From UHGV virus genome UHGV-0320916: a DNA stretch of 30,316 bases; one strand, given 5' to 3'. The notes under the pieces were generated by a model that had not been told where the DNA came from, did not search any database, and was given only the letters and a program-made list of their open reading frames with translations. Positions within the stretch are counted from its first letter, which is position 1; every line of letters starts with the position of its first letter. Below, piece after piece: positions 1-8,909 of the stretch. This stretch comes from a virus. Made by a program: the position numbers and the translations under genes.

Positions 1-485
1 GCTGGGCATTCCCGTGGCCATCGGTCACGCGGCGGACAATCTCGGCGATGCCGATTTTGTCGTCCGCACCGCCGCCATCCACGATGACAATCCCGAGATC
101 TCCGGCGCGGTCGCACGCGGCATCCCGGTCTTTGAGCGGGCGCAGGCGTGCGATGATGGTGTCGCCGTGGCCGACGCGGTAGCCGGAGTGGAGCAGCGGC
201 AGCGTACCGCCGATCATCACGGTGGGGTCGGTGTCCGCCGCCATGAAGATGTGTGTCGCCATGCTGGTGGTGGTCGTTTTGCCGTGCGTGCCGGAGATGC
301 ACAGGGCGTTGCGGTAGCCGTGCATGATCGCGCCCCACGCCTGCGCACGCTCAAAGACCGGGATGCCGCGTGCGACCGCGCCGGAGATCTCGGGATTGTC
401 GTCGTGGATGGCGGCGGTGCGGACGACAAAATCGGCATCGCCGAGATTGTCCGCCGCGTGACCGATGGCCACGGGAATGCCCAGC
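1..485. repeat. Inverted repeat: arm 1..150 is the reverse complement of arm 336..485 (2 mismatches, at ~85 and ~139), separated by a 185-bp spacer; left arm runs off the window edge
   Basis: Direct comparison: window 1-10 gctgggcatt equals revcomp of 476-485; identity holds to position 150/336 and breaks at 151/335. Confidence 0.9.
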
Positions 486-643
486 GCGCGCAGGTGCTCC
501 ACGGCGGGGGAGTCGTTCATGTCGCTGCCCTGCACGGAGAGTCCCATGGAATGCAGGACCTCGGCGAGAGGGCTCATCGACACGCCGCCGATGCCGGCGA
601 GGTGCGCCCGCTTGCCGGGTACGAGATAGGAATTGATATCCAT
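150..643 (-). pseudogene. murC: UDP-N-acetylmuramate--L-alanine ligase (MurC)-like, N-terminal ~165 codons only; reading frame breaks at ~150 where the inverted copy begins
   Basis: Minus-strand translation from ATG at 643: MDINSYLVPGKRAHLAGIGGVSMSPLAEVLHSMGLSVQGSD...ISGTHGKTTTTSMA..., matching the Mur ligase N-terminal Rossmann motif and the GTHGKTTTT P-loop; strongly GC-rich third positions unlike the rest of the window. Confidence 0.6.
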
Positions 644-736
644 AGCGTTTTCCTTCCCAAAAGCACACATTCCGACAGCCTTCGGCATTTGCCGAAATCG
701 GCGCGGAAGTGAATTGCAAAAATTTATCCCATATAG

Positions 737-3082
737 TCGGATGATGGCGCGCCGTTCCGCTACAGCTTCAGCGCCCTGAAGGACCGCCATAATGCCGTTG
801 AGGTGAACTGGATTGACCCGAACAACGGCTGGGAGACGGCGACAGAGCTTGTTGAAGATACGCAGGCCATTGCCCGTTACGGTCGTAACGTCACGAAGAT
901 GGATGCCTTTGGCTGTACCAGCCGGGGGCAGGCACACCGCGCCGGGCTGTGGCTGATTAAAACGGAACTGCTGGAAACGCAGACCGTGGATTTCAGCGTG
1001 GGCGCAGAAGGGCTTCGCCATGTGCCGGGCGATGTTATTGAAATCTGCGATGATGACTATGCCGGTATCAGCACCGGTGGTCGCGTGCTGGCGGTGAACA
1101 GCCAGACCCGGACGCTGACGCTCGACCGTGAAATCACGCTGCCATCCTCCGGTACCACGCTGATAAGCCTGGTTGACGGAAGTGGCAATCCGGTCAGCGT
1201 GGAGGTTCAGTCCGTCACCGACGGCGTGAAGGTAAAAGTGAGCCGTGTTCCTGACGGTGTTGCTGAATACAGCGTATGGGGGCTGAAGCTGCCGACGCTG
1301 CGCCAGCGACTGTTCCGCTGCGTGAGTATCCGTGAGAACGACGACGGCACGTATGCCATCACCGCCGTGCAGCATGTGCCGGAAAAAGAGGCCATCGTGG
1401 ATAACGGGGCGCACTTTGACGGCGAACAGAGTGGCACGGTGAATGGTGTCACGCCGCCAGCGGTGCAGCACCTGACCGCAGAAGTCACTGCAGACAGCGG
1501 GGAATATCAGGTGCTGGCGCGATGGGACACACCGAAGGTGGTGAAGGGCGTGAGCTTCCTGCTTCGCCTGACCGTGGCAGCGGATGACGGCAGTGAGCGG
1601 CTGGTCAGCACGGCCCGGACGACGGAAACCACATACCGCTTCACGCAACTGGCGCTGGGAAACTACAGGCTGACAGTCCGGGCGGCAAATGCCTGGGGGC
1701 AGCAGGGCGATCCGGCATCGGTATCGTTCCGTATTGCCGCACCGGCAGCGCCGTCGCGGATTGAGCTGACGCCGGGCTATTTTCAGATAACCGCCACGCC
1801 CCATCTTGCCGTTTATGATCCGACGGTACAGTTTGAGTTCTGGTTCTCGGAAAAGCGGATTGCGGATATCAGGCAGGTTGAAACCACAGCCCGCTATCTT
1901 GGCACGGCGCTGTACTGGATAGCTGCCAGTATCAATATCAAACCGGGCCATGATTATTATTTTTACATCCGCAGTGTGAACACCGTTGGCAAATCGGCAT
2001 TTGTGGAGGCTGTTGGCCAGCCGAGTGATGATGCATCCGGCTATCTGGATTTTTTCAAAGGCGAGATAGGGAAAAGCCATCTGGCTCAGGAGCTGTGGAC
2101 GCAGATTGATAACGGTCAGCTTGCGCCTGACCTGGCTGAAATCAGGACGTCCATTACGGATGTCAGCAATGAAATCACGCAGACCGTCAATAAGAAACTG
2201 GAAGACCAGAGTGCGGCAATTCAGCAGATACAGAAGGTTCAGGTTGATACAAATAATAACCTGAACAGCATGTGGGCTGTGAAGCTGCAGCAGATGCAGG
2301 ACGGACGCCTTTATATCGCGGGTATTGGTGCCGGTATTGAGAACACCCCTGACGGCATGCAGAGTCAGGTGCTGCTGGCGGCGGACAGGATTGCGATGGT
2401 TAATCCTGCGAATGGCAACACAAAGCCGATGTTTGTTGGTCAGGGCGATCAGATATTTATGAATGAAGTGTTCCTGAAATATCTGACGGCTCCCACCATT
2501 ACCAGCGGCGGTAATCCTCCGGCATTTTCCCTGACACCGGACGGGCGGCTGACGGCGAAAAATGCCGATATCAGCGGTAACGTGAATGCGAACTCCGGGA
2601 CGCTCAACAACGTCACGATTAACGAGAACTGCCGGGTTCTGGGAAAACTGTCCGCGAACCAGATTGAAGGCGATCTCGTTAAAACAGTGGGCAAAGCTTT
2701 CCCCCGGGACTCCCGTGCACCGGAACGGTGGCCATCAGGGACCATTACCGTCAGGATTTATGACGATCAGCCGTTTGACCGGCAGATTGTTATTCCGGCG
2801 GTGGCATTCAGCGGCGCTAAACATGAGAGAGAGCATACTGATATTTACTCCTCATGCCGTCTGATAGTGCGGAAAAACGGTGCTGAAATTTATAACCGTA
2901 CCGCGCTGGATAATACGCTGATTTACAGTGGCGTTATTGATATGCCTGCCGGTCACGGTCACATGACGCTGGAGTTTTCGGTGTCAGCATGGCTGGTAAA
3001 TGACTGGTATCCCACAGCAAGTATCAGCGATTTGCTGGTTGTGGTGATGAAGAAAGCCACCGCAGGCATCAGTATCAGCTGA
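737..3082 (+). CDS. J: Host specificity protein J (central tail fibre), 5'-truncated: frame opens after a TAG at 734-736 and encodes only the C-terminal ~780 aa; no start or N-terminal ~350 aa present
   Basis: Translation [59 protein letters not shown]... through ...[13 protein letters not shown] is collinear with lambda J C-terminal part; ORF track 803..3082 is the same frame. Confidence 0.85.
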   Translation, partial: SDDGAPFRYSFSALKDRHNAVEVNWIDPNNGWETATELVEDTQAIARYGRNVTKMDAFGCTSRGQAHRAGLWLIKTELLETQTVDFSVGAEGLRHVPGDVIEICDDDYAGISTGGRVLAVNSQTRTLTLDREITLPSSGTTLISLVDGSGNPVSVEVQSVTDGVKVKVSRVPDGVAEYSVWGLKLPTLRQRLFRCVSIRENDDGTYAITAVQHVPEKEAIVDNGAHFDGEQSGTVNGVTPPAVQHLTAEVTADSGEYQVLARWDTPKVVKGVSFLLRLTVAADDGSERLVSTARTTETTYRFTQLALGNYRLTVRAANAWGQQGDPASVSFRIAAPAAPSRIELTPGYFQITATPHLAVYDPTVQFEFWFSEKRIADIRQVETTARYLGTALYWIAASINIKPGHDYYFYIRSVNTVGKSAFVEAVGQPSDDASGYLDFFKGEIGKSHLAQELWTQIDNGQLAPDLAEIRTSITDVSNEITQTVNKKLEDQSAAIQQIQKVQVDTNNNLNSMWAVKLQQMQDGRLYIAGIGAGIENTPDGMQSQVLLAADRIAMVNPANGNTKPMFVGQGDQIFMNEVFLKYLTAPTITSGGNPPAFSLTPDGRLTAKNADISGNVNANSGTLNNVTINENCRVLGKLSANQIEGDLVKTVGKAFPRDSRAPERWPSGTITVRIYDDQPFDRQIVIPAVAFSGAKHEREHTDIYSSCRLIVRKNGAEIYNRTALDNTLIYSGVIDMPAGHGHMTLEFSVSAWLVNDWYPTASISDLLVVVMKKATAGISIS

Positions 3083-3101
3083 ATTTTATAACCCCAATAC
3101 G

Positions 3102-3127
3102 GGCGTCAGAAATGACGCCTTTTTTAT
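3102..3127 (+). terminator. Intrinsic terminator-like hairpin after J (ggcgtca-gaaa-tgacgcc followed by a T run)
   Basis: Stem-loop plus T tract read directly from sequence. Confidence 0.5.
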
Positions 3128-3149
3128 TGCAGAAAAGCGAGAGGTAATT

Positions 3150-3749
3150 ATGCGTAAATTATGTGCTGTTATTCTGTCCGCAGTAGTCTGGCTGGTTGCC
3201 GCTGGTACGCCAGCGAGCGCAGCAGAGCATCAGTCCACACTAAGCGCCGGGTATCTTCAGACCCATACTGATATGCCAGGCAGTGATGACCTGAAGGGCA
3301 TTAACGTGAAATACCGTTATGAATTTACGGACACGCTGGGGCTGGTGACGTCATTCAGTTATGCCAATGCCAAAGATGAGCAAAAAACGCATTACAGCGA
3401 TACCCGCTGGCATGAAGATTCCGTGCGTAACCGCTGGTTCAGCATGATGGCGGGGCCATCTGTACGCGTGAATGAATGGTTCAGTGCTTATGCGATGGCG
3501 GGTATGGCTTACAGCCGTGTGTCGACCTTCTCCGGGGATTATCTCCGCGTAACTGACAACAAGGGGAAAACGCACGATGTGCTGACCGGAAGTGATGACG
3601 GTCGCCACAGCAACACGTCTCTGGCGTGGGGGGCTGGCGTGCAGTTTAACCCGACCGAATCCGTGGCCATTGATATTGCTTATGAAGGCTCCGGCAGTGG
3701 TGACTGGCGCACTGACGGTTTCATCGTGGGTGTCGGTTATAAATTCTGA
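3150..3749 (+). CDS. lom: Lom outer membrane protein (Ail/Lom family)
   Basis: 199 aa; MRKLCAVILSAV...signal peptide, ends ...DGFIVGVGYKF; near identical to lambda Lom; GAGG RBS 6 nt upstream. Confidence 0.9.
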   Translation: MRKLCAVILSAVVWLVAAGTPASAAEHQSTLSAGYLQTHTDMPGSDDLKGINVKYRYEFTDTLGLVTSFSYANAKDEQKTHYSDTRWHEDSVRNRWFSMMAGPSVRVNEWFSAYAMAGMAYSRVSTFSGDYLRVTDNKGKTHDVLTGSDDGRHSNTSLAWGAGVQFNPTESVAIDIAYEGSGSGDWRTDGFIVGVGYKF

Positions 3750-3775
3750 TTAGCCAGGTAACACAGTGTTATGAC

Positions 3776-3802
3776 AGCCCGCCGGTTCAGGCGGGCTTTT
3801 TT
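3776..3802 (+). terminator. Intrinsic terminator-like hairpin after lom (agcccgcc-ggttca-ggcgggct followed by tttttt)
   Basis: Stem-loop plus T tract read directly from sequence. Confidence 0.55.
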
Positions 3803-3813
3803 GTGGAGTGGAT

Positions 3814-6213
3814 ATGGCAGCAGTAAAAATCTCAGGTGTGCTGAAAGATTGTGCGGGAAAACCAATACAGAACTGCACTATTCAACTGAAGGCAAAGCGT
3901 AACAGCACCACGGTACTGGTGAACACGGTGGCTTCTGAAAATCCGGATGAAGCCGGACGTTACAGCATGGATGTTGAGTATGGCCAGTACAGCGTCACCC
4001 TGCTGGTTGAAGGTTTTCCGCCTTCACATGCCGGGACCATTACCGTCTATGAAGGCTCCAGACCAGGTACGCTGAATGATTTTCTCGGTGCCATGACGGA
4101 AGATGATGTCATGCCGGAGGCATTGCGTCGTTTTGAGGCAATGGTGGAAGAAGTGGCACGCAACGCCGAAGCCGCCTCTCAGAGCGCAGCGGCGGCAAAG
4201 AAATCCGAAACTGCAGCGGCATCATCGAAGAACGCGGCGAAAACCTCAGAAACGAATGCAGCTAATAGTGCACAGGCGGCAGCGACCTCAAAGACTGCAT
4301 CGGCAAACTCCGCGACAGCAGCCAAAAAATCAGAAACCAACGCGAAAAATAGCGAGACAGCCGCAAAGACGAGCGAAACCAACGCAAAGTCCAGCCAGAC
4401 GGCAGCGAAGACCAGCGAAACGAATGCCAAAGCCAGTGAAACTGCGGCAAAAAACAGCCAGGTTGCAGCAGCCCAAAGCGAGAGCGCGGCAGCCGGTTCT
4501 GCGACTTCAGCAACTGGATCAGCAACTGCTGCGGCTAACAGCCAGAAAGCTGCGAAGACGAGTGAAACTAACGCAAAGTCCAGCCAGACGGCAGCGAAGA
4601 CCAGCGAAACGAATGCCAAAGCCAGTGAAACTGCGGCGAAAAACAGTCAGGATGCAGCAGCCCAAAGCGAGAGTGCCGCAGCTGGTTCTGCAAGTGCGGC
4701 GGCTTCTTCTGCCTCTGCATCAGCCAACAGTCAAAAAGCTGCAAAAACCAGTGAAACCAACGCAAAGGCGAGCGAGACTGCGGCGGCTAACTCAGCGAAA
4801 GCATCGGCAGCAAGCCAGACGGCTGCAAAAGCAAGTGAAGACGCAGCCAGAGAGTATGCAAGCCAGGCTGCGGAGCCGTATAAACAAGTTTTGCAGCCGC
4901 TTCCCGATGTGTGGATACCGTTTAACGATTCACTGGATATGATTACGGGCTTTTCGCCGTCATATAAAAAGATTGTTATTGGTGATGATGAAATAACGAT
5001 GCCTGGCGATAAGGTTGTAAAGTTTAAACGCGCATCAACTGCCACATATATCAATAAATCAGGCGTATTTAGTGTTGCTAAAATTGATGAGCCACGATTT
5101 GAAAAAGAAGGTTTATTGATTGAAGGACAGCGCACTAACTATTTTGTTAAATCCAATATCCCCGCTGAATGGACGAGTACCAGCAATATCGATAAAACTA
5201 ATAATGGTGTTGATGAATTTGGTTTTTCATATGCCAAAATGCGAACAAAAGATAATATGACAGGACAATCATCTGCACTTAGTCTGCATACATGCAGTGC
5301 ATCCCGGGGGATTGATGTTAGTGGCGATAATAAGTATTGCACTGTTTCATGCAGGGTTAAAGCTCCTGATGGTCTTCGTTGTCGTTTGCGTTTTGAAAAA
5401 TACGATGGGTCGGTTTATACATTTTTAGGAGATGCTTATTTAACTTTCGGAACTCTGATAATAGAAAAAACTGGCGGAGCAGCCAATAGAATAGCAGCTA
5501 CTGCAACTAAAGATCCGGTTACAGGGTGGATTTTCTATGAGGCAACTATAGAAGCTGTTGAAGGTGAAACCTTAATTGGCGCAATGATTCAGTATGCGCC
5601 GAAAAAAGGTGGTGTAACTGAAGCGGGAGATTATATTTACCTTGCAACACCACAATTTGAAAACGGCGGATGTGCTTCATCTTTTGTTATTACGACAACT
5701 GTACCCGCAACCCGCTCCAGTGATATGGTGACGATCCCAACTGAAAATAATATCTATAATAGACCGCTTACGTGCCTGGTCGAGGTTAATAGAAATTGGG
5801 GCGATATTCCTCCTAATGTAGCACCGCGTATTTTTGATTTTTCTGGTGTGCCACCTATTGAGTCAATTACATACGCTTTTAACACAACTGAGAAATATTA
5901 CGGTCAGCTTTATATGCAAACTTATAAAGCGTCGACAAGTACTTACGTTTCTAGTGTGTTTGCTGGTCGAACTGATGTTCGAAAATTCATTGGTGGTTTT
6001 AATATTTATTCTGATGGTACTAAACGAGTAGTTTCTAACGGTGAGGCTACTAAAACCATGAAAACGGAGTGGACGGGCGTAAAAACATGGACCTTTATTC
6101 GAATTGGAGGTCAAGCCACATCGGGAACTCGTCATCTATTCGGCCATTTGAGAAATCTTCGTCTCTGGCATAAAGAATTAACTGATGCGCAAATGGGGGA
6201 GAGTATTAAATGA
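3814..6213 (+). CDS. stf: Side tail fibre protein Stf: lambda-like N-terminus, Ala/Ser/Thr-rich SETNAK-type repeat shaft, AT-rich divergent C-terminal domain with LamG/concanavalin-like signature at its end
   Basis: MAAVKISGVLKDCAGKPIQNCTIQLKAKRNSTT... matches lambda Stf N-terminus; repeated ...AAKTSETNAKASETAAKNSQ... units; C-terminus ...HLFGHLRNLRLWHKELTDAQMGESIK; ATG at 3814 preferred over track GTG at 3808. Confidence 0.85.
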   Translation: MAAVKISGVLKDCAGKPIQNCTIQLKAKRNSTTVLVNTVASENPDEAGRYSMDVEYGQYSVTLLVEGFPPSHAGTITVYEGSRPGTLNDFLGAMTEDDVMPEALRRFEAMVEEVARNAEAASQSAAAAKKSETAAASSKNAAKTSETNAANSAQAAATSKTASANSATAAKKSETNAKNSETAAKTSETNAKSSQTAAKTSETNAKASETAAKNSQVAAAQSESAAAGSATSATGSATAAANSQKAAKTSETNAKSSQTAAKTSETNAKASETAAKNSQDAAAQSESAAAGSASAAASSASASANSQKAAKTSETNAKASETAAANSAKASAASQTAAKASEDAAREYASQAAEPYKQVLQPLPDVWIPFNDSLDMITGFSPSYKKIVIGDDEITMPGDKVVKFKRASTATYINKSGVFSVAKIDEPRFEKEGLLIEGQRTNYFVKSNIPAEWTSTSNIDKTNNGVDEFGFSYAKMRTKDNMTGQSSALSLHTCSASRGIDVSGDNKYCTVSCRVKAPDGLRCRLRFEKYDGSVYTFLGDAYLTFGTLIIEKTGGAANRIAATATKDPVTGWIFYEATIEAVEGETLIGAMIQYAPKKGGVTEAGDYIYLATPQFENGGCASSFVITTTVPATRSSDMVTIPTENNIYNRPLTCLVEVNRNWGDIPPNVAPRIFDFSGVPPIESITYAFNTTEKYYGQLYMQTYKASTSTYVSSVFAGRTDVRKFIGGFNIYSDGTKRVVSNGEATKTMKTEWTGVKTWTFIRIGGQATSGTRHLFGHLRNLRLWHKELTDAQMGESIK
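4366..4790 (+). repeat. Direct repeats with 189-bp (63-codon) period inside stf: units starting ~4366 and ~4555 are near identical over ~138 bp, a third degenerate unit starts ~4744
   Basis: aagacgagcgaaaccaacgcaaagtccagccagacggcagcgaagaccagcgaaacgaatgccaaagccagtgaaactgcgg... recurs 189 bp later with a few substitutions. Confidence 0.85.
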
Positions 6214-6491
6214 AAGATTTAACGCTCAAATTTGCAGACAGGGCCGACTTTTCGGCCTTTATGGAGAGTATTGGCTATTATGATGACGAGTCGATGCAGG
6301 ATGATATTCTTATTGACGTGATAGGTAACGTGTACAAAGAAACCGGAGAACTGACTGAAGATGGCGAACCGGTATGTGTTAAGGAAGACGGATATTTTGT
6401 AAACGTGCGCATCATTAATGATGCAAAAAAATCGTCAATATTCGATAAATACGCGATTGTTGTTGAGCATCAACTTCGTGGCTGGATGTGA
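6210..6491 (+). CDS. Hypothetical acidic 93-aa protein, start overlaps stf stop (ATGA)
   Basis: ORF MKDLTLKFADRADFSAFMESIGYYDDESMQDD...; translational coupling to stf; no family recognised. Confidence 0.5.
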   Translation: MKDLTLKFADRADFSAFMESIGYYDDESMQDDILIDVIGNVYKETGELTEDGEPVCVKEDGYFVNVRIINDAKKSSIFDKYAIVVEHQLRGWM

Positions 6492-6500
6492 GGGAGACAA

Positions 6501-7205
6501 ATGGCTACATCGACAGTAATTCCAGGAGACATCACCACGTTAAAGGGAGATGTCAGTAAAGCCAAGGAAGATATTTCCTCAATTAACGGAAAAGTATCAA
6601 CGCTTCAGACTGATATGACCAGTGCAAAGCAGGATATCAGCACCAGATACACAAAAACTGAAGTTGATAATAAGCTGAAAAACAAAGTGGAAGTGAACGA
6701 TCTGGAAAGTGGTCGTTATGGTGGAGATTTTTACCCGCTGACTGGTCGTGAAGCGTTTTATTTGTGGGGATTGGGCACGACTACAGCGGCGGCAAACCTT
6801 TATCTTAATCCTGACCCCGCAATTTCGTCTGTACTGCGGTCCACATCGTCTATCCGCTATAAACATTCAGTAGAGACGATAGATTCGGAGCACGCCGATC
6901 TCATTTTCAAGATGCGCCCTGTGTGGTACAGGTCGCAATGCGAAAATGACAGGCGCGATTGGGGATTCTATGGATTGATTGCCGAGGAAGTAGGAGAAAT
7001 TGCCCCTCAGTTTGTTCACTGGCGACCAGCTAACGAGAATGATGCTCCTGAAGCTATTTCCAGCAATGGCCTTGTTGCCGAAGGTGTAATGTACGAACGT
7101 CTGGTTGTTCCACTGATTCACCATATCCAGAAACTGACTGAAAGAGTTGATGAACTTGAGTCAGAATTAAAGTTGTTATCAACTTCCCGAAGCGATATCG
7201 GATAA
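6501..7205 (+). CDS. Tail-fibre-like protein: N-terminal coiled-coil segment plus C-terminal domain resembling the intramolecular chaperone (peptidase S74-like) of phage fibres/tailspikes
   Basis: AGGGAG RBS; heptad-like N-terminus (LKGDVSKAKEDISSINGKVSTLQTDMTSAKQDIS); C-terminal ...SSIRYKHSVETID...MRPVWYR...GFYGLIAEEVGEIAPQFV...ELESELKLL pattern resembles that domain from memory. Confidence 0.5.
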   Translation: MATSTVIPGDITTLKGDVSKAKEDISSINGKVSTLQTDMTSAKQDISTRYTKTEVDNKLKNKVEVNDLESGRYGGDFYPLTGREAFYLWGLGTTTAAANLYLNPDPAISSVLRSTSSIRYKHSVETIDSEHADLIFKMRPVWYRSQCENDRRDWGFYGLIAEEVGEIAPQFVHWRPANENDAPEAISSNGLVAEGVMYERLVVPLIHHIQKLTERVDELESELKLLSTSRSDIG

Positions 7206-7215
7206 AGGAGGAGTA

Positions 7216-7509
7216 ATGGATATAACACCTTTCCTTCATGCACTTTGTGCTGTGGCTGCGCAGGTACTGGTTGGTCTTTTTACCGGAAACTGGGCTTACG
7301 GGGCGATAGCCGGTTGTACGTTCTTCATTGCTCGTGAACATACCCAGGCAGAATATCGCTGGATTGAAATGTTCGGGCATGGCAAGCGAATGAATATGCC
7401 GTGGTGGGGCGGTTTTGATCCGCGCGCGTGGGATGTAGCAAGTCTGATGGATTTTGCTGTGCCGGTGGTGGCGTGTCTGCTGGTCTGGCTGTTGGTTAAT
7501 CGTGGGTGA
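7216..7509 (+). CDS. Hypothetical small membrane protein (97 aa, 2-3 predicted hydrophobic helices)
   Basis: Strong AGGAGG RBS 5 nt upstream of ATG; hydrophobic stretches ALCAVAAQVLVGLF and FAVPVVACLLVWLLV. Confidence 0.55.
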   Translation: MDITPFLHALCAVAAQVLVGLFTGNWAYGAIAGCTFFIAREHTQAEYRWIEMFGHGKRMNMPWWGGFDPRAWDVASLMDFAVPVVACLLVWLLVNRG

Positions 7510-7529
7510 AAAAAGGTGAGCTGTATATG

Positions 7530-7658
7530 CAACGGAGGAAGAAACCTCGTTGCTGGAAGCCTGGAAGAAGTATCGGGTGTTGCTGAACCGTGTTGATACA
7601 TCAACTGCACCTGATATTGAGTGGCCTACGAACCCTGTCAGGGAGTAATCATTGGGAT
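7530..7658 (+). pseudogene. tfa: Tail fibre assembly protein (Tfa) C-terminal remnant, ~42 codons, no start codon
   Basis: Frame encodes [42 protein letters not shown], matching the lambda Tfa C-terminus; frame is closed by TGA at 7527-7529. Confidence 0.75.
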
Positions 7659-7702
7659 TATGCCGCAGCACGTCTTAAGCAAGAACGTGCTGCGGTTGGA
7701 TG

Positions 7703-8359
7703 CTATTTTTTCCCTGAAGCGGAAAACATTACTACAGTACCTTGAACCTTGGTTTTAACATTCTCGAAATGCTCTGAGAGTATATGTGTTAAGCCTTCTT
7801 CGGAATCTTTTGTGTTTGAAAAGATGCCTTTCTGATTGTAAATGCGCATCAGTTTTTGACCGAAGCTATTGTGCACAACTCCATCGCCAAGAATTGTGGC
7901 TCCGTATAGAGTTCCATCGTCAGTTAAGGCCTGCGCCGCATTGCGTATTACACAGCTTTTTGTAGATATATTTCCAGGCAGGCAGTGAAGAAGGTAAAAC
8001 ATGGAAATGGAATCAAATTGACCATGTAACGCCGCGGGATAAGGTTCAAAAACATCATGGCTAATTTTATGTTTAATTTTTGATTCCCCAGCCCTTGTAG
8101 ATGCCGCGTTCAGGCTAGCTTCGTTCAAATCCATTAAAGATATCAGACTACTCTCAGGTACGTGAGTAAGGTAAAACCCAGTTCCAACACCAATATCCAG
8201 ATGGTTGTTACCTAAATGTTCCAGAAAGTGTGGAAGAAGGTGTTCCTTTGTAGGACATCCCCATGCAAGCCGATTTGATACTCCCAAAACCCACCAGTCA
8301 TAAAGCTTTAGGGTAAGTGGTGTGTAAATTTTAGCCCCATCATCTGTGTTTTTTTTCAT
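7703..8359 (-). CDS. ybcY: Class I SAM-dependent methyltransferase (DLP12 YbcY-like)
   Basis: Motif I LDIGVGTGFY; ORF track 7703..8371, ATG at 8359 (MKKNTDD...) has better GGTG spacing; lies between two tfa remnants as in DLP12. Confidence 0.7.
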   Translation of the reverse strand: MKKNTDDGAKIYTPLTLKLYDWWVLGVSNRLAWGCPTKEHLLPHFLEHLGNNHLDIGVGTGFYLTHVPESSLISLMDLNEASLNAASTRAGESKIKHKISHDVFEPYPAALHGQFDSISMFYLLHCLPGNISTKSCVIRNAAQALTDDGTLYGATILGDGVVHNSFGQKLMRIYNQKGIFSNTKDSEEGLTHILSEHFENVKTKVQGTVVMFSASGKK

Positions 8360-8427
8360 TAATTTCACCATGTTATAGTTTTATTTGTGAATTAAATCAA
8401 TTATGGCGATGAATTACAAGGGGTTAA

Positions 8428-8726
8428 ATGCTGCCGCAGCATAGCGATATTGAAATAGCCTGGTATGCTTCGATACAGCAGGAGCCGAATGGCTGGAAGA
8501 CCGTCACCACACAGTTCTACATCCAGGAATTCAGTGAGTATATTGCGCCACTGCAGGATGCTGGGAAATCGCAACGGAGGAAGAAAGATCGTTGCTGGAG
8601 GCATGGAATAAATATCGGGTATTGTTGAATCGTGTTGATACATCAGTAGCTCTGGGTATGAAGCTGTTTGTAACTCATGTTACAGTAACAGCCATTACTA
8701 TCTCGAAGGTGCAAAATGTATATTGA
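8428..8726 (+). pseudogene. tfa: Tail fibre assembly protein (Tfa) homologue with a frameshift: ...[10 protein letters not shown] in one frame, [27 protein letters not shown]... in another
   Basis: Two frames each match consecutive parts of lambda Tfa (IAPLQDA then [23 protein letters not shown]); junction at ~8560-8570. Confidence 0.65.
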
Positions 8727-8839
8727 TTTGATATTTTATAAATTTACTTCGAATCTGGCACGTCAACTTTTGATTAAAGTAATATCAGTTTTCGGCGAAA
8801 AAAGGACCGTGTACATGAGACGATTTCATACAAGAATAA

Positions 8840-8889
8840 CAAAAATATGAATATGCTCCCAATGCAATATATGTTTTGCATTGGGAGCA
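8840..8889 (-). terminator. 13-bp perfect-stem hairpin (gctcccaatgcaa / ttgcattgggagc) 21 nt past the hydrolase stop, U-rich on the minus-strand side
   Basis: Stem 8855-8867 pairs with 8877-8889; minus-strand downstream sequence auauucauauuuuu. Confidence 0.45.
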
Positions 8890-8909
8890 AATAGCGGAAT
8901 ATTTTGAAA

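Noticed and set aside
14-712. Plus-strand 232-aa ORF covering the GC-rich left end
   Set aside because: Its first ~45 residues are a genuine MurC segment from the inverted copy, and the rest is antisense to the murC frame, kept open only by high GC content. Not a real gene.
4103-4942. 279-aa Arg/Gln/Lys-rich alternative-frame ORF and minus-strand ORFs (4179..4619, 4262..4525, 4731..5135) inside stf
   Set aside because: Low-complexity products of the repetitive Ala/Ser/Thr-coding shaft read in other frames; the stf frame has the homology and the RBS.
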